Origin: the human T2T-CHM13v2.0 reference genome, Homo sapiens
Assembly (NCBI RefSeq): GCF_009914755.1
Contig: NC_060928.1
Direction: 5' to 3' (one strand)
Length of the DNA stretch: 64,000 nucleotides
In this document: piece by piece, positions 14,713 to 28,670 of the stretch
Layout: every line of letters starts with the position of its first letter
Numbering within the stretch: position 1 is the first letter of the stretch
Position numbers and translations under genes: made by a program
The notes under the pieces: model-generated
Databases searched by the model: none
What the model saw: the letters and a program-made list of their open reading frames with translations, nothing else
Told to the model about the DNA's origin: nothing

Positions 14713-16502
14713 CTGTGATTTCTCAAATGATTTTGACTTTTCTAAGTTATTAAATATGACCACAGGTGACCACAGCCACTACAGTTAGTTTCTATTCTAG
14801 TCTATATAAAGATTTATTTGCTCTTCTTACCATTTCCTTCATTTTCCAATAACATGTCTCAATTTCTTTATATGTTTATGATTTAAGTAAAAATGTTGCC
14901 TTCTTTGAATATTTTTTTATCTTGAATTAAAGAAACTCCAGAGAAACATTCAGATTAAAATTTTCTTGAGACATTTTAAAGAAAAAATAAAAGGTACAGA
15001 TTTTCGTTTGCATTTTTTAAGTTTGAAGGCACTTTCCGCTTTTGCAGGTTAGGGATTTGGTTTAAACCCTTGGCCCTGCTATTCATCCCTGGCTTGTGTA
15101 TGACCTAAGAATCACTATGCAAATATCACAAATAGGCATGTTTGGGTGTTTTTTGAGAGTATGTTTTCTGATCTGTGGACTTCATTTCTGTGTTTCCAAA
15201 TGAATGCATTTTTATATGAGTATTTGCAAGTCTTTCCCCCGCTCTGCCCCAGAGAAGATTTCATTTCCAATGGGATCTGTAATGGCATAAGGAAGGCTCC
15301 TGATTTTTAAGAGACTTAAAATCCTGCTTCAAGATAATTTAAACTTAACCCTTCTATTTTTGCAATATTCGATTATCCCCAGGTCCCTCTGCCCACTTAT
15401 TTTCTGACTTAAATCATAAGTGCTCTCAGAGCCAATTTTCAAAAAATTTTACTTTGAAATTTTTATTTGATCAGCAGCCTCAAGATCTGAAGGGGATTAC
15501 ATTTTTCCCCCTTTCTTGTTTCTCAAACTAGCATAAATAATCCTCTTTGTGATAATACCCTGTGTCCCAGAGCACTTGTTTATCATAAGAGGACTCTTGT
15601 TTCCATGGACTAATGAACTCAGAAGCTTGGCTGACTTTCTGATGCAAATGTCAGACAGGAACCATGTCTTTGCTTTTCCAGCCAAATTGCTTCGGTTTTA
15701 CAACACGATGCTTGATTTATAGGAGTTTTTGAAATATTGAAATTGCCCCCTGTACTAAAAGAAATGCAATGTATAGGCATTTTATTATAGAAACATTAAT
15801 AAGAATAATTTATAGGGGAAATGGGTTGCAGGGTTTTGGAAAATACTCAACTCTTTGAGCAAAATATGGCAGTGTCAATGAACAAAACTGACATTCTAGA
15901 GGGAAGTGTATGTATTGAGGAACAACCAGAGCCAACCTCAAGAGAATGTCATAATTTCTCAGTTTGGATTAAATAACCCTTATAGAAACAGAAAAAAGGG
16001 GAACATAAGACATCAATTCGTTTTTGTTTTCTCTAGTATGCTTCTTTATTTTTTATTGATAAATGATCCAAAGTGACCATCAACCATGTGCTCACTCAAA
16101 AATAGGTTTTCTATTTTAGTCAGGCATTTAACTAGGAACCATAGATGTTCCTATATAAGCACTGGGGAGGATGGTGAGAGAGACTAATTTATTGTACATA
16201 TTCAACATGCCAAAAACAGGGACAGACAGCTTACATGTCTTTTTAAAGCTCATTCCTTTTGTATAACATGAAAACTGGGTGTTAGTGTCTGCATGTCATT
16301 GCTTTGGACACCAGAAGTGAGAGAGATAAAGGACATGCCTAACATCTCACAGTTAGTAAACTTTGGGTGAAATATGCAATTCAGAGACCATGTTGATAAG
16401 GACAGAGCAGAGTAAAACAATAGGCTGGTTTGAAAACCTTCATTTTATAGTGTTAAAATATAAGAAAACGCTGACTAAATCCATTTAGTAAAAAAAAATA
16501 TA

Positions 16503-16523
16503 TGTGTGTGTGTGTGTGTGTAC

Positions 16524-16565
<42 letters not shown>
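16503..16565. repeat. Interrupted (TG)n microsatellite
   Basis: Direct observation. Confidence 0.95.
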
Positions 16566-16567
<2 letters not shown>

Positions 16568-16959
16568 TTTTCCCCCAAATGTACGGCATCATTTGTGCTA
16601 CAATTGGTATGTTGCTGTTGTGGGGATGGAAAGTGGGTTCTGGCAAGATGATCTGCATGCCTCTTCAGAGTAGTTTTTATAATGTTTTTATGTAAGAATT
16701 CAATGATTTTATCACCACTTGGAGGTCAGAGAGAACCTTTCAAGATGCATTAAACAGGGACCGTGGTTAACAACAGACACATGACATAAAACTTAAAATA
16801 GGAGACGGAGAGTAGAGAAAAAAGTAGAGACACAACAGAACACAGAAAACTGGCCAACTGAGGCACTGGAGAAGAAAATGTTGATTAAATCCAATGCCCT
16901 GGAGATATAGACTGCTTCTGGATAGTGTTATTCATTTGTGTTTGATTATTTTGGGGGAT

Positions 16960-17400
16960 CATTAGTTTTTGAACACCTGGCAGATACCAGCCTTTGTTCT
17001 GGACAGTGAAGAGACAGAATTCCATGGCACAAGTTGCTTACAGCCTAGGAGGCGCAACAACCAAAGAGACACGTGATGGTGCCAAGATGGGGATAATCCG
17101 GAGTCACCCTGGGAGAACAGAGGGCCACTAGCCCATACATAAAATGTCAGGAAAAGCTTTCCAAGGGAAAGACAGTTAAACTAGGCTGAGATTAGAGGTG
17201 TAAGGAAGAGTTAGGTAAAGAAAGGGAAATTTGGTGGGGACAGAAAGTATTTCAAACACATTCTTTGATGCACAGTATCCCATAAGTGGGAGTGAAATGG
17301 AACAGTCTAGGAGATGTAAGCAGTTTGGAATTCCTGGAATGTAGAATGAGAAGGCACAGCAAACAGGGTAGGACTAAAAAGGCCAGCAGAAGCTATCCAT
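16960..17400 (-). mobile_element. L2 fragment
   Basis: 'tttttgaacacctggcagataccagcctttgttctggacagtgaagagacag' antisense L2 3' pattern. Confidence 0.5.
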
Positions 17401-17619
17401 ACTTTCATTAAAAAAAAAAAAACACCATCACCATTATTATGTTACTCATCTATTTACTGTTCACAAACATTTATTATATGGCAGGAACTCTGCCATTTAA
17501 TGTGAGTTTTTTATAATGGAAAATACTATTTTATATGTAAGAGCAATGTTTTATTTATCTTTATATTCTTCATGATACCCTGAAAATTGCACAGTGCATA
17601 GAAGTTGTTATTATATACA

Positions 17620-17629
<10 letters not shown>

Positions 17630-17670
<41 letters not shown>
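17630..17670. repeat. Pure (TA)~20 microsatellite
   Basis: Direct observation. Confidence 0.97.
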
Positions 17671-17673
<3 letters not shown>

Positions 17674-17739
17674 ACTTGTTAAATTATCCGGATGTGATAA
17701 TGAAGTGTAAATATCAGCTAAGGATCAGAAAAGAGTTTT

Positions 17740-19115
17740 TTTAAATCTATGAAGAAATTTAGAAAATGATTTAATTTACTACAGCGTCAAAAAGAATAAA
17801 TTAGGAATAATTTTAACAAACAAGTATATTGAAAAATGTAAAATGTCATTGAAAGAAATTTAAAATGGCTTAAATAAATGGAAAGACAGTTTGTATTTAT
17901 GGAGTAGAGGATTTAATATTGTTAAAATGGCAGTACGCCTAAAATTAATCTACAGATCCAAAGCAATCCCTGCGAAAACCCTAACTGCCTTTTCTGGTAA
18001 AAAGTGACCAACAGCTCCTAAAGTTCATATGGAAATGCAGAGTACTCAGAATAGCTAAAACAATTGTATAAAAGTAAAAGCAAGTTGGATGACTAACACT
18101 TGTCAATTTCAAAATTGTCTACAAAGCTATAGTAAGCAATACGGTGAGGTCCTGGCATAAGAAAAGCCATATAGAACAGTGGAAAAGACTTGAGAGTCCA
18201 GATATAAACTCAGGCATTCATGGTCAGTTGATTTTTGATATGAGAATCAACACAATTCAATGGGGAAAAGAATAGTCTTTTCAAGAAAGTTCTGGAACAA
18301 GTGGCTATCTATACATAAAAGAATGAAATTGGACTTCCTCCTCACACCATATAAAAAAATTAATGCACAATGGATCAAAGGCCTAAATGTAAAAGCTAAA
18401 ACAATAAAACTCCTAGAAGAAAATAGAGGAGTAAACCTTTGTAACCTTGATTTAGGCAATAGTTTCTTAAATATTATACCCAAAACGAAAATAGATAAAT
18501 TAGACTACATTAAATTTTTAAAAACTTTTGAGCTTCAAAGGATACAGCAAAGAAAGTTAAAAGACAACCTACATATGGGTAAAAATATTTGAAAAAAGTT
18601 TTATAGTCAGGTAATAAAATGTGTTGGTGAGGATACTGGGAAATCAGAACTCATGTACACTGTACACTGTAAAATAGTGTGCAGTTTTACAGTGCATGCT
18701 ATTTGAACAGTTTGGCAATTCCTCAAACAGTTAAACACATTGTTACTATATGTCTCAGCTATTCCATGCCGAGTATGTGTGTGTACATATATTGGTACAC
18801 ACACACACACACACACATACACACACACCCCAACTTTTACATAAACATTTATAGAAGTATTATTCATATTAAGGAGAACATGAAAACAGTCTAAATGTTC
18901 ATCAACTGTTGACTAGAGAAATAAAATGCAGCATATCCATATAATGATATAGCATTTGGCCATAAAAAGGAATAAAGTACTGACATATGCTACCACATGA
19001 ATACACTTGAAATTGTTCTACTAAATAAGCCAATATAAAAGGCTACACATTACATGATTCCATTTATAAGAAATGTCAGAATAGCAAAATCTATACAGAT
19101 GGAAAATAAATTAGT
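17740..19115 (+). mobile_element. L1MB/L1ME-type LINE, ORF2 3' part plus 3'UTR, internally deleted near 18600
   Basis: ORF 18260-18592 'KRMKLDFLLTPYKKINAQWIKGLNVKAKTIKLLEEN' is L1 ORF2p C-terminal sequence; 3'UTR 'atgattccatttataagaaatgtcagaatagc'. Confidence 0.88.
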
Positions 19116-19451
19116 AAAAACAAAGCAAAAAAATGAGGATAATTTGGAAGTCTCTTATTTCTGTCTTCTGCAATTAAGGGCTGACTTATTCCAAAGAGGC
19201 ATTATGCAGTCCATGGGACTCCTGATATTTTTTTTTTACCAAGTTTCACTGAGTAATAGAATTTTAATTTTTATTTTTATACAAATGTAGTAATAGAATA
19301 TATTTTTTAATAGAGGAAGGGTTCAACAAAGGAATGTGGCGAGGACCCAGCAAAATCATAATGAGACTCTGCTTGCTGCATTTGAAGACAACCTCATCCC
19401 ATCCCGCCCCAAGGTAGAAATCCCTAGGATGAAACAGAAACTATTCTTTTT

Positions 19452-19810
19452 TGTAAATTGCATAAATGGCCATCATACTTTGCAATACTTTCCATCAAAC
19501 AGTGGGTTTAATTTTCTCATGTCTTGTATCTGTGCTCACCTTTGATTCGTAGAATGTGGTGAATATGATGTTATGCCTGTTCTGAGCCTATGCCACAAGA
19601 GGTATTGCAATTTCCAATGCCATGCCCTTAGAACTGGAAAAACACCATGTGAACAATCCTGGACTAGCCTGCTGGAGCAGGAGGGAACAGGTGGACAGAG
19701 GATCTGGTCATAACATCCATGCCAGAGAAGTTATCCTGACCCGCAAGCCCAAGGGACCCCACATCTTCTGGCAAGCACCTGAGCAGAGATCAGCTGAACC
19801 TGTTCCTTAT
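19452..19810 (+). mobile_element. MLT1 (G/H-like) LTR fragment
   Basis: 'aaatggcc...ccatcaaacagtgg...agaatgtggtgaatatgatg...ccatgtgaacaatcctggactagcctgctgga'. Confidence 0.55.
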
Positions 19811-20293
19811 TTTGCTGCAATACAGCCCAAGATAGTCAGATTTTAAATATCTGACTCCAAATTGACCTACTGTGTTAGAAAAACTTTTTTAGAAATCTCA
19901 GTTTTGAAGTATCTATTCTTGAGTTTGATTGTGTACATTTGACCTAGCTGAAATTTTATTATCTGTTTTCTTCAGTGCGAGCTAGAAGATTCCACTCTTA
20001 CCTTGATTTCAGAACAATGATCAGTCAATGCTATCTGTGTTGAGAGGTAAAGTGGTCTCTAGAATAAAATATGTGGCCATGGCAGGACAGTATGCTACTC
20101 CAACTCTTAGATATAACTGTTAGTTTTTTCTTACAAAACATGATAATTTATTTATTCAATTATTTAAAAGTGCTAACAAAAATGTGTAAACAGTAACAGC
20201 ATATAAAACATTGGGTTTTTGAATGCATTGCCTCGGGGTCCAACCACTGGTGATTTTCATAACATAAAATTTAAACAACCTCTCCCCCACCCC

Positions 20294-20294
<1 letters not shown>

Positions 20295-20324
<30 letters not shown>
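20295..20324. repeat. (CA)n microsatellite
   Basis: Direct observation. Confidence 0.95.
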
Positions 20325-20326
<2 letters not shown>

Positions 20327-20456
20327 CCAAACACAGTGGTTCACAACTGGAATCTCAGCATTTTAGGAAGCTGAGGTGGGAAAATCACTTGAGCCCTGAG
20401 GTTTGAGACCAGCCTGGGCAACACAGTGAGACCCTGTGTCATTAATAATAATAATA
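20325..20456 (+). mobile_element. FLAM-like Alu left monomer
   Basis: 'gaggtgggaaaatcacttgagccctgaggtttgagaccagcctgggcaacacagtgagaccctg' followed by an (AAT)n tail. Confidence 0.85.
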
Positions 20457-22149
20457 TTGAAATAAAATAAAAACCACAATTTAAAAAAATGAAACATACT
20501 CTTCACTTGCATTCTGAAATTAGGTGGTTAAACAAATAAAGAAAAGCTCTTTTTCTTAGCTTGGCCTTAAAACAAACTAGTTATTGTTTTCTGTCCATCA
20601 AAAATAACCATAAGCTTTGAATCACAGCACACCTCAAAACAAACCCCAGATAGTTACACAATTTAATAAAAGGAGATGAAAAACATAAATATATTTTTAT
20701 CTGTAACATAAAGAGGAAGACATTCTTATAATCAAAGCAAAGGGAAAAATCACAAAAGTATGTATCAGATTTGGTGTTCTTAACACTTTTGTTTGTAAAA
20801 ACATCATAACATTAAAATACAAGTAGAAACCTAGAAAAATATTAAGCGCAACCTATATAACACAATAAAAGCTAATGTCATTTATACGTAAGGTGTTCAT
20901 ACAAATTAAAAAAGAAAAATTCCTGTAATTTATCTATTTCCTAAATTAAAATTACTTATAATCAAAGAAATACAAACAATAATATTTTTTACACACCTAT
21001 TTAACAAATGAACTTAAGACCTGTTTTCACTGGGTACTATTGCTAGGGGTTAGTTTTACAAAACTAAAAAAATGTATATTTTTCCTTGGAAAGTTTTCAG
21101 TTTTGTGTGAGAAAACTAGATCAATAGGTCCACTAGGTATAGTTGTGTAGGTTGTGCATAATATACAGGACTCAGTTTAAGATGCAAGTTGATTCTACCC
21201 ATCAAGCCACAAGCCCTGGTATGAGCTTCATTTGCTAAAATTAGATATTAAAAATATTTTATATAGGCTAGGAGCATGTACACAGACACAAACATTAAAA
21301 ACATAGGTATAATATAATAACTACTAAGGGGAATTTTCAGAGTTCTACGTGAGCACAGCCTGGTGTTCAAGAAAAGGATTCTGTGTGAAGGGGTCAGGAG
21401 CAGAGTCCTGAAAACTAAACCGAAATTGGTCCCATTAATAAATATGCATAGATAAAAGAGCTTTAGACAGGAAAGATTACATGGCACATTTAGCATGTCA
21501 TGTAGTGTGTGAAGAGTGTCATCATGCTTGAGACTGGCAAAACAAAAATGAAAAATATAGGAAAGACTTCGTATAACCTACTAGGAGTCTGGCTGAGAGT
21601 AATGGAGAGCTATGGAAAGCTTTCTAGGCAGGAAAGTAATAAACAGATCTCAGTTTTAGGGAGATTAATCTGCCACACCAAGGAGAATAGATTGATGATG
21701 GTTTTGGAAAGAAATTAAAAGTCTGGCAAGATTTGCTGTTCCTCTATTTATCTCCTAACCAAGTTTTTCCAGTGCCTTGCTGTAGTACAGATCTGAGTTC
21801 TCTGTGACATCTGTCCACCCAATTATTCTTTCCCCAGCTCACTTATTGTGCAATCTGATAATTTCTGTCAATGATTTTTTACATCATAGCTCCAGGAACA
21901 TATGGAGTCTGACTCAAATTGCTATTAGTCTTAACTCCAAATTCCTGGGAGAGGGAATATGGTTGGTTTAGACAGTGCAGGGTAGTTTGATCCAAATAGC
22001 CATGGTTGGGGTGGCTCAAAGCTGGCTGCCACCCCTCCTTATTCAGGGAATAAAGATGGAGCAATTCCTGCAAAAAGAGAGAGGTTTTGAGTCAATTTTG
22101 ACACAGCCACACACCTAAAATATACTGTACTAAATCAGGGGAAGTCTGG

Positions 22150-22516
22150 TGTTATGGTCTGAATGTTTGTCCTCCCCTCAAATTCATGTGTTGAAACCTA
22201 ATCACCAGTGTGAGGATATTGGGAGGTGGTGGGGCCTTTGGGAGGTGATTAAGTCATGAGGGTGGAGCCTTGGTGAATGAGATTAGTGCCCTTATAAAGG
22301 AGGCTGCACAGAGCTGTGTTGCCTTTTCCATCACATAAGGACACAGTGAGAAGATGCCATCTATGAATATGAAATCAGTCCTCACCAGACAGTGAATCTT
22401 CCAGCCCCTAGATCTTGGAATTCCCACCCTCTAGAACTGTGAGAAATAAATTTCTATTGTTTATAAGTTACCTAGTTTATGGTATTTTGTTATAGCAGCC
22501 TGAATGGACTCAGACA
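22150..22516 (+). mobile_element. MLT1A0-like solo LTR
   Basis: 'tgttatggtctgaatgtttg'...'gttatagcagcctgaatggactcagaca'; near-TSD tctgg/gctgg. Confidence 0.88.
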
Positions 22517-22749
22517 GCTGGTATTTTAAGGACAGGCAGGGGAAAGTAGGTCGTAAAAGAGAGATATGGGAAGGAATAGGAGAAACATCAGGAGAATGGC
22601 TGAATTCGTTATGAAATACATGCAGGAAACCAATCTGAAATATATCAAGAATTTTTATATTGCTCACATTTGACCCAGCAATTTCCCTTCTAGTATTTCA
22701 TATGCTCCAGATACATCAGAGATCTCACAGGAGTCTTGCTCCCTTCTCT

Positions 22750-23210
22750 GCGTTTCTTCTAGACTCATCTCCCAGCACTTCTGGATCTACTCTCTATGCC
22801 CCAGCACCATTTATATGCGTGAAAGTTCTCTACTTCTTGCTTGCGCTTTTTCACTTCTGAGTTATTTATATGCTTTTGTCATTGCCTAAAATATCTCCTT
22901 CTGAACTCTTTTCTATATGTGTACAGGACTTTTCTTCATCATGTGAAGAAGCCAACACAGACATCAACTCTTGCAGAAATATTTACATTCCAGGATGGGT
23001 GGAATATTCATCCTCTAAGACACTCTCCTTACTGCTCATTTCACTTCTGGGTACAGTAAATATCATTATTTTTTGGTTTTTTAATATATCTGTCTCATAA
23101 TATTGTTCATTCTTAAAGGATAACAACCATATCTTGTCCATCTTCATAACCTTGAAGAATATTATAGTACTTTGTTAATAGATAACATTCAATAAATATT
23201 TGTGGAAGAA
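22750..23210 (+). mobile_element. L2 3' fragment
   Basis: Ends '...cattcaataaatatttgtggaa', the typical L2 tail. Confidence 0.5.
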
Positions 23211-23545
23211 ATTTAATGATTGGATAATTATAGTCAAATATATTGAGAAGAAACAGGGTAAAGATATTGATTAACTACTGTCATTGTTTAAAAAAATTGT
23301 CATGTTAAGATGTGGGGACAAAGAGATTAGCTCCTCTATAGCTCTGGGAACTGTTATGTGCGTTGCTGTGAATATTTTTATTCAAGAGAAATGTCTAATT
23401 TTGTTTGACTGAAAAGATAAGCTTTTATCTTATAATCTTAAAAGTGAATGTGATTACCAAGCCTAGCTTCTGGATTAACAGGGTAAATTATTAGCAAGAT
23501 TTTACTGAGTTAAAAGGCAAACATTAGGCAGTTAAAATTATAATA

Positions 23546-24107
23546 CAGTAGTTTCTCATGTAAGGTCATCAACAAATTATTGGAAACTGCGACTTTAAGC
23601 GAAATGACTTACTATAGGCTACTTGATATAAGGAAAAGTTCCTACTACATATTTCTGGTCACAGAAACATTATCAAATTTCTAAATAAAGCCCCCAAATG
23701 CTTCTAATATTAAACATCAAAATAAATCTGAGCTATCCACACATTTAAGAAACATTAATTAAAACAGGTAAGATAGTTATTTACCCACTTATTCTCTATT
23801 CAGGTTCACAGATGTCTTGAGCCTCTCACTGTAGCTCAGGGCACCGGGCAGGGACCCACAGTGAACAGGAAGCCATTTCATCACAGGGCACACTCACACA
23901 CACCCCTACCCCCGCTCAAACTGGGACACAAAAATTCACCTAATGTGCACATCTTTGGGATGTGGGCAGAAATGAGAGTACCTGGAGAAAACACACACAA
24001 ACATGGGAAGAATATGGAAACTCCATAGAGGAAGTGGCCCCAGCCGTTTTTCTGATCGTTATAATAAAACAATGTTGAACGAAATAACATCATTTGAGGG
24101 CCTGCTG
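23546..24107 (-). mobile_element. MER6A (TcMar-Tigger) DNA transposon
   Basis: Termini cagtag.../...cctgctg with TA on both sides; internal 'cctaatgtgcacatctttgggatgtgggcagaaatgagagtacctggagaaaac'. Confidence 0.88.
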
Positions 24108-24203
24108 TAGTCCTATTCTGAATTTCTAATGGTGTTTTAAAGTGATTATTGATTGATTTGATTCTTATCTCACCTTATTAAGGATCTCAAGAATTGGCAT
24201 ATT

Positions 24204-24530
<327 letters not shown>

Positions 24531-25005
24531 TTATTCTAGGGAAAACTGTTGAGTAGGCAATACCAGCATTTGGTGTCATCAATTACAGCGTCTCACGAAA
24601 GTCTTTCATGTACCCAATAGTCTCAAGCTCATTTCACATATTTTTAAAAGCTATTTTAAGAAAAAAATAATAATATACAATCACTTATAATCTCATGTAA
24701 TTTTAAATCAATTTTTAGTGAGCATTAATCCTTCTTTCTGATTGTGGAATATATTCCTCCTTTTCCCCTCTCCTTTCTTCCTACTATCATTCGTTCCTTA
24801 TTTCCTGTCTTTTAATTCTCTACCCTTACCTCCTGTCTTTCCCTCTTTCCTTTAAATTAAATAGATGAATATATTAAAGCGATATTACAATGAAAAAAGA
24901 GCCCTCTGGAACCTGTGAAATCACATCCAAACCTGATATTAAAATGTATGCTTCCCATCAAATACATGTTTAGTCACCTTAATATCAGTCTTCCTTATAT
25001 GCAGA

Positions 25006-25349
25006 CAGCCATGTGTCACTTAAAGATAGGGATACATTCTGAAAAATGCATTGTAAAGCAATTTCTTTGTTTGTCAACTTCACAGAGTGCGTTTACACAA
25101 ACCTAGATGGTATAGCCTGCTACACACTTTGACTATGTGGTATAGACTATTGCTTCTAGGCTACAAACCAGTGCAACATGTACTGTACTGTACTGTAGGC
25201 AGTTGGAACACAAGGGTAGGTATTTGTCCATCTGAACATATCTAAACATAGAATAGATAGAGTAGAGATATGGTATTGTAATTTTATGGAACCACTGTAG
25301 TACATGTGGTTTGTCATTGACTGAAACATTGTTATATGGTGCATGGCTA
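25006..25349 (+). mobile_element. Tigger3a (MER7-type) DNA transposon
   Basis: 'tacacaaacctagatggtatagcctgctacac...ctaggctacaaacc'; TIR-like ends cagccatg / catggct. Confidence 0.85.
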
Positions 25350-27289
25350 TTTCTTTAGGAGAGATTCCAGTACTGACAGTTTAAAAGGCCAAAACTTGTT
25401 TTGAGAAAACCTATATAGTTTTGGTTGTTGTGGCCTAGAAATTGTCTTGAAACTAAATAACATTTTAATTATCCCACGCCTTCAACTAACATAAGGTTGA
25501 GTCAAAGTTAATTAATAGATTGAAGGTTGTTTGCCTCAGGATAGCATTTAGAAGACATGTGTTAATTCCTTAGTTGAATTTCTGACTTGAAGCACAAAAT
25601 AAATAATAAGCATTATTTCAAGAAAAGATACTTTTCTATCTTCCATTAAGCTTTGCAAAAAAGGTAAACTTATAAATAAGAATAAATAAGAAATAAGAAC
25701 CTACAGAGTTTATTATTTCCAAGAGACATTTGCAGGTGGCTGACTTCTGTTTAAATTTAGGTGGTTTCAAAGAACAAATATAATGAAAGTGCTTAATGAT
25801 TAGAACTTAAATACATTAGGATCCTCATTAAAATCTAGAATATCTGCTTGAAATTACCATTCAATGTAGATGCATCTCAATTAAACAGATTACGTGTATA
25901 TTTCTTCACAAGTTATACTCTTCTGAGAAAAAAAACTACATATATGGCTTCAGAAGTATATCAGAAGGGCTTTGGACAAAATGACCTTCAGTTTCCATGA
26001 GTTTTGTGAATTGAAAATACGGTGTATCTCAAAGGGGAGCAGGCTTATATATTAGGACTGAAAAGCAACATTTATTTTGATATTGAGACTATTCCCTTCC
26101 CCTAAGAAAAACATTTTCAGAAGGCTCTTAAAATTGGATTGCTTTAAATGATAAGTAAAATTTATATATGTCTATATTTTGTATATATGCTTGTATATTT
26201 GCATATATACATATATACATATAGAATAATAAAGTTTCTTATAATAAATTATATGCTTGAAACTTTGAAATAAAGATGAATGAATCCAGTACCAGACTTT
26301 TTAATATATTCTTAGTTGAGAAAGAAGTGAATTTTCCTCGCTGCATCAATTTGTCACTTTTGTTGACAGGGTAGGTACAGTAAATTTCCATCCAGAGAGA
26401 ATCAGTCAAATTTATACATAGTCTTTGTCATGACTCAAATAAGAGATTTTGGTGATTTCTACGTCTTCAACTAGAGCTGTGTTTTTGTTGACGTTAGAGT
26501 TGCAGTAATAAGGTAGGATAAGGATTGGAATAGATAATAAAAATGCTCCAGATGTAGTTAAGCTTAAAGGGAGATAGAAGGAAGGTAGGGCAAGATATCC
26601 ACCATGGTAATAAAAACTAGAGAAATGGCAGATCTTTGTATCTAGAAACCACACTGATAATAAGCCTGATAATAATCTTCAAGATAAATCACTTGTAAAG
26701 AGCAGTTGTGGAAGCTGTCACCTGGACTTGCGTTTATTGGCTTTTATCAGTGGTGCTGGGGTATGGGTAATAAATCTGGTTAATATAAATTCATAATAAT
26801 GCATGTGAAGATTCTAATAAAATAACTATGTTTTCACTTGAGTGTTCAATTTACTCTACATTTTTTGAGTGTAAGTCTTATGAACTAAGAATATAAGGCC
26901 TAACTACCATGTGCTCCACTCTTTTCTATCCATTGCCAAATGATAAAACTCTCTCAGAAATTATGGATTTGACATGAGATGAGGTGTTAATTGGAGTTTG
27001 GAAACAAATTGAAAACCCCGATCCTATCTTTTGAAAGTTTACGATAATTATACTCTCTTACAAAAATCATCCTTTAACTGCTTTTCATGAAAATCTTGAT
27101 CAGGACAGGATGTTCATGAGACCATCACATGAAACAAAATAAGCACATTTCCAGTTGGATTTGATCACCAGATTCTACCTACTGAAATCACACTGAGTCA
27201 AATAAGCATGTTAACCTGCATCTACATTTTGTTTCTTTATTTATAGAGGAAAGTGTTGGATTAAGTCATAAAATTGAACTCTATTTTAC

Positions 27290-27470
27290 TTAAAGGCAGC
27301 TGGGTACAGTGTATAGAACAGATTTTATAGGTCTCATTTAAAATCGAATTGTGCCTATTTGGTGTGTGACTCTGGGCAGAGTTGCTTTACTTCCCTGATC
27401 CACAGTTTACTGTTTCTTGCATCTAGGATGAATGCATTTGCTGGTCTTCTTGCATTTGTGATAACATTTA
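27290..27470 (+). mobile_element. MIR fragment
   Basis: 'gtgtgtgactctgggcagagttgctttacttccctgatccacagttt'. Confidence 0.55.
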
Positions 27471-27837
27471 ATGTATGTTGTCTCTGTTAGTTGCATTTAT
27501 CTATGGCATTATTTCCATATCATGGATGGATGTGTGTATGTATTTGTGTGTCTATGTATAAAATGCCAACTAATAATTTTTATTATCATTTTATGAGGTA
27601 ATTAATTTAAACATTTATTCAGCATAGTAATTTGGGCAAACCAAAAGGGAAAACACCCTTTTGGTAGTCTGTTTAATATAACATCTTTCTTTTGACCTTT
27701 GATTCTCAAGTTCACCTGGAAAATTTACTGTAATGGCCTTAAGATAGCACTCTCCTGGAAATCAGAACTTTTTCAGCCTAAACACAATATTCAAGTTTGT
27801 TTTCATGTTTAATGTGTTTTTAAAAATATGAGTGACT

Positions 27838-28001
27838 GGCCAGGCATTGTGGTGTGGGCCTCTAGCCCCAGCTATCCAGGAGGCTGAGGCAGGAGGATAA
27901 CTTGAGGCCAAAAGTTTGAGGGTACTGTCCACTATGATTGCACCCATGAATAGCCACTGCACTCAAGCTTGGACAACATAGCAAGACAACATCTCTATTT
28001 A
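27838..28001 (+). mobile_element. FAM (fossil Alu monomer)
   Basis: Retains the 7SL-derived 'actatgattgcacccatgaatagccactgcactc' segment diagnostic of FAM; TSD aaaaa(t/a)atg(a/g)gtgact at 27822-27837 and 28002-28017. Confidence 0.88.
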
Positions 28002-28354
28002 AAAAAAATGGGTGACTGATAGCAGTCATTTGACCTTGCATACATCTATGAGTAGTTTCCCAGATCATCTAAAGCATTAATTCTTCAAAGGCAAACTTAA
28101 CAGAAACACCCTCAAATAGTGATAGAATATCTAGATTTTCATTGTGGAATTAATATAACTTATTTTAGCAGCTACAATTATACGTCATTTATAAATAGCC
28201 TAGACTTCAGATAAAATTTTCTTTCTTAAACAAACAAAAAAGAAAAAATAAATTTTTGAAGTGGTAACTATGTGAATTCTATTGACATGTTTATATTTCA
28301 GGTGTGAATATTTAATTTTTACTACGGATCTATTATTTCCATTCTTAAATTTTT

Positions 28355-28670
28355 GTTTGGTTTTGTTTTGTTTTGTATTTTTTTCAGAGTCAGGGTCTCA
28401 GTCTGTCACCCAGGCTGAAAGGCAGTGATGCAATCCTAGCTCACTGTAATATTGAACTCCTGAACTCAACCAATCGTCCTGCCTCATCCTCTCCAGTAAC
28501 TAGGACCACAGGTATGCACCACCTTGCCTAGCTAATTTTTCTGTTTTTCTGTAGAGACAGAGGTCTTGCTATGTTACCCAGGCTTGTTTCAAATTCCTGG
28601 GCTCAAGCAGTCTTCCTACCTTGGCCTCCCCAAATGCTGGAATTACAAGTGTGAGCCACTCCCTCTGGCC
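28355..28670 (-). mobile_element. AluJ
   Basis: J-type 'ctcactgtaatattgaactcctg' and 'cctgggctcaagcagtc'; TSD ttaaattttt. Confidence 0.92.

Noticed and set aside
26295-26376. Plus-strand 56-nt exon candidate (ttcttag ... agg|gtaggt)
   Set aside because: Mediocre pyrimidine tract; expected by chance in 64 kb of AT-rich DNA
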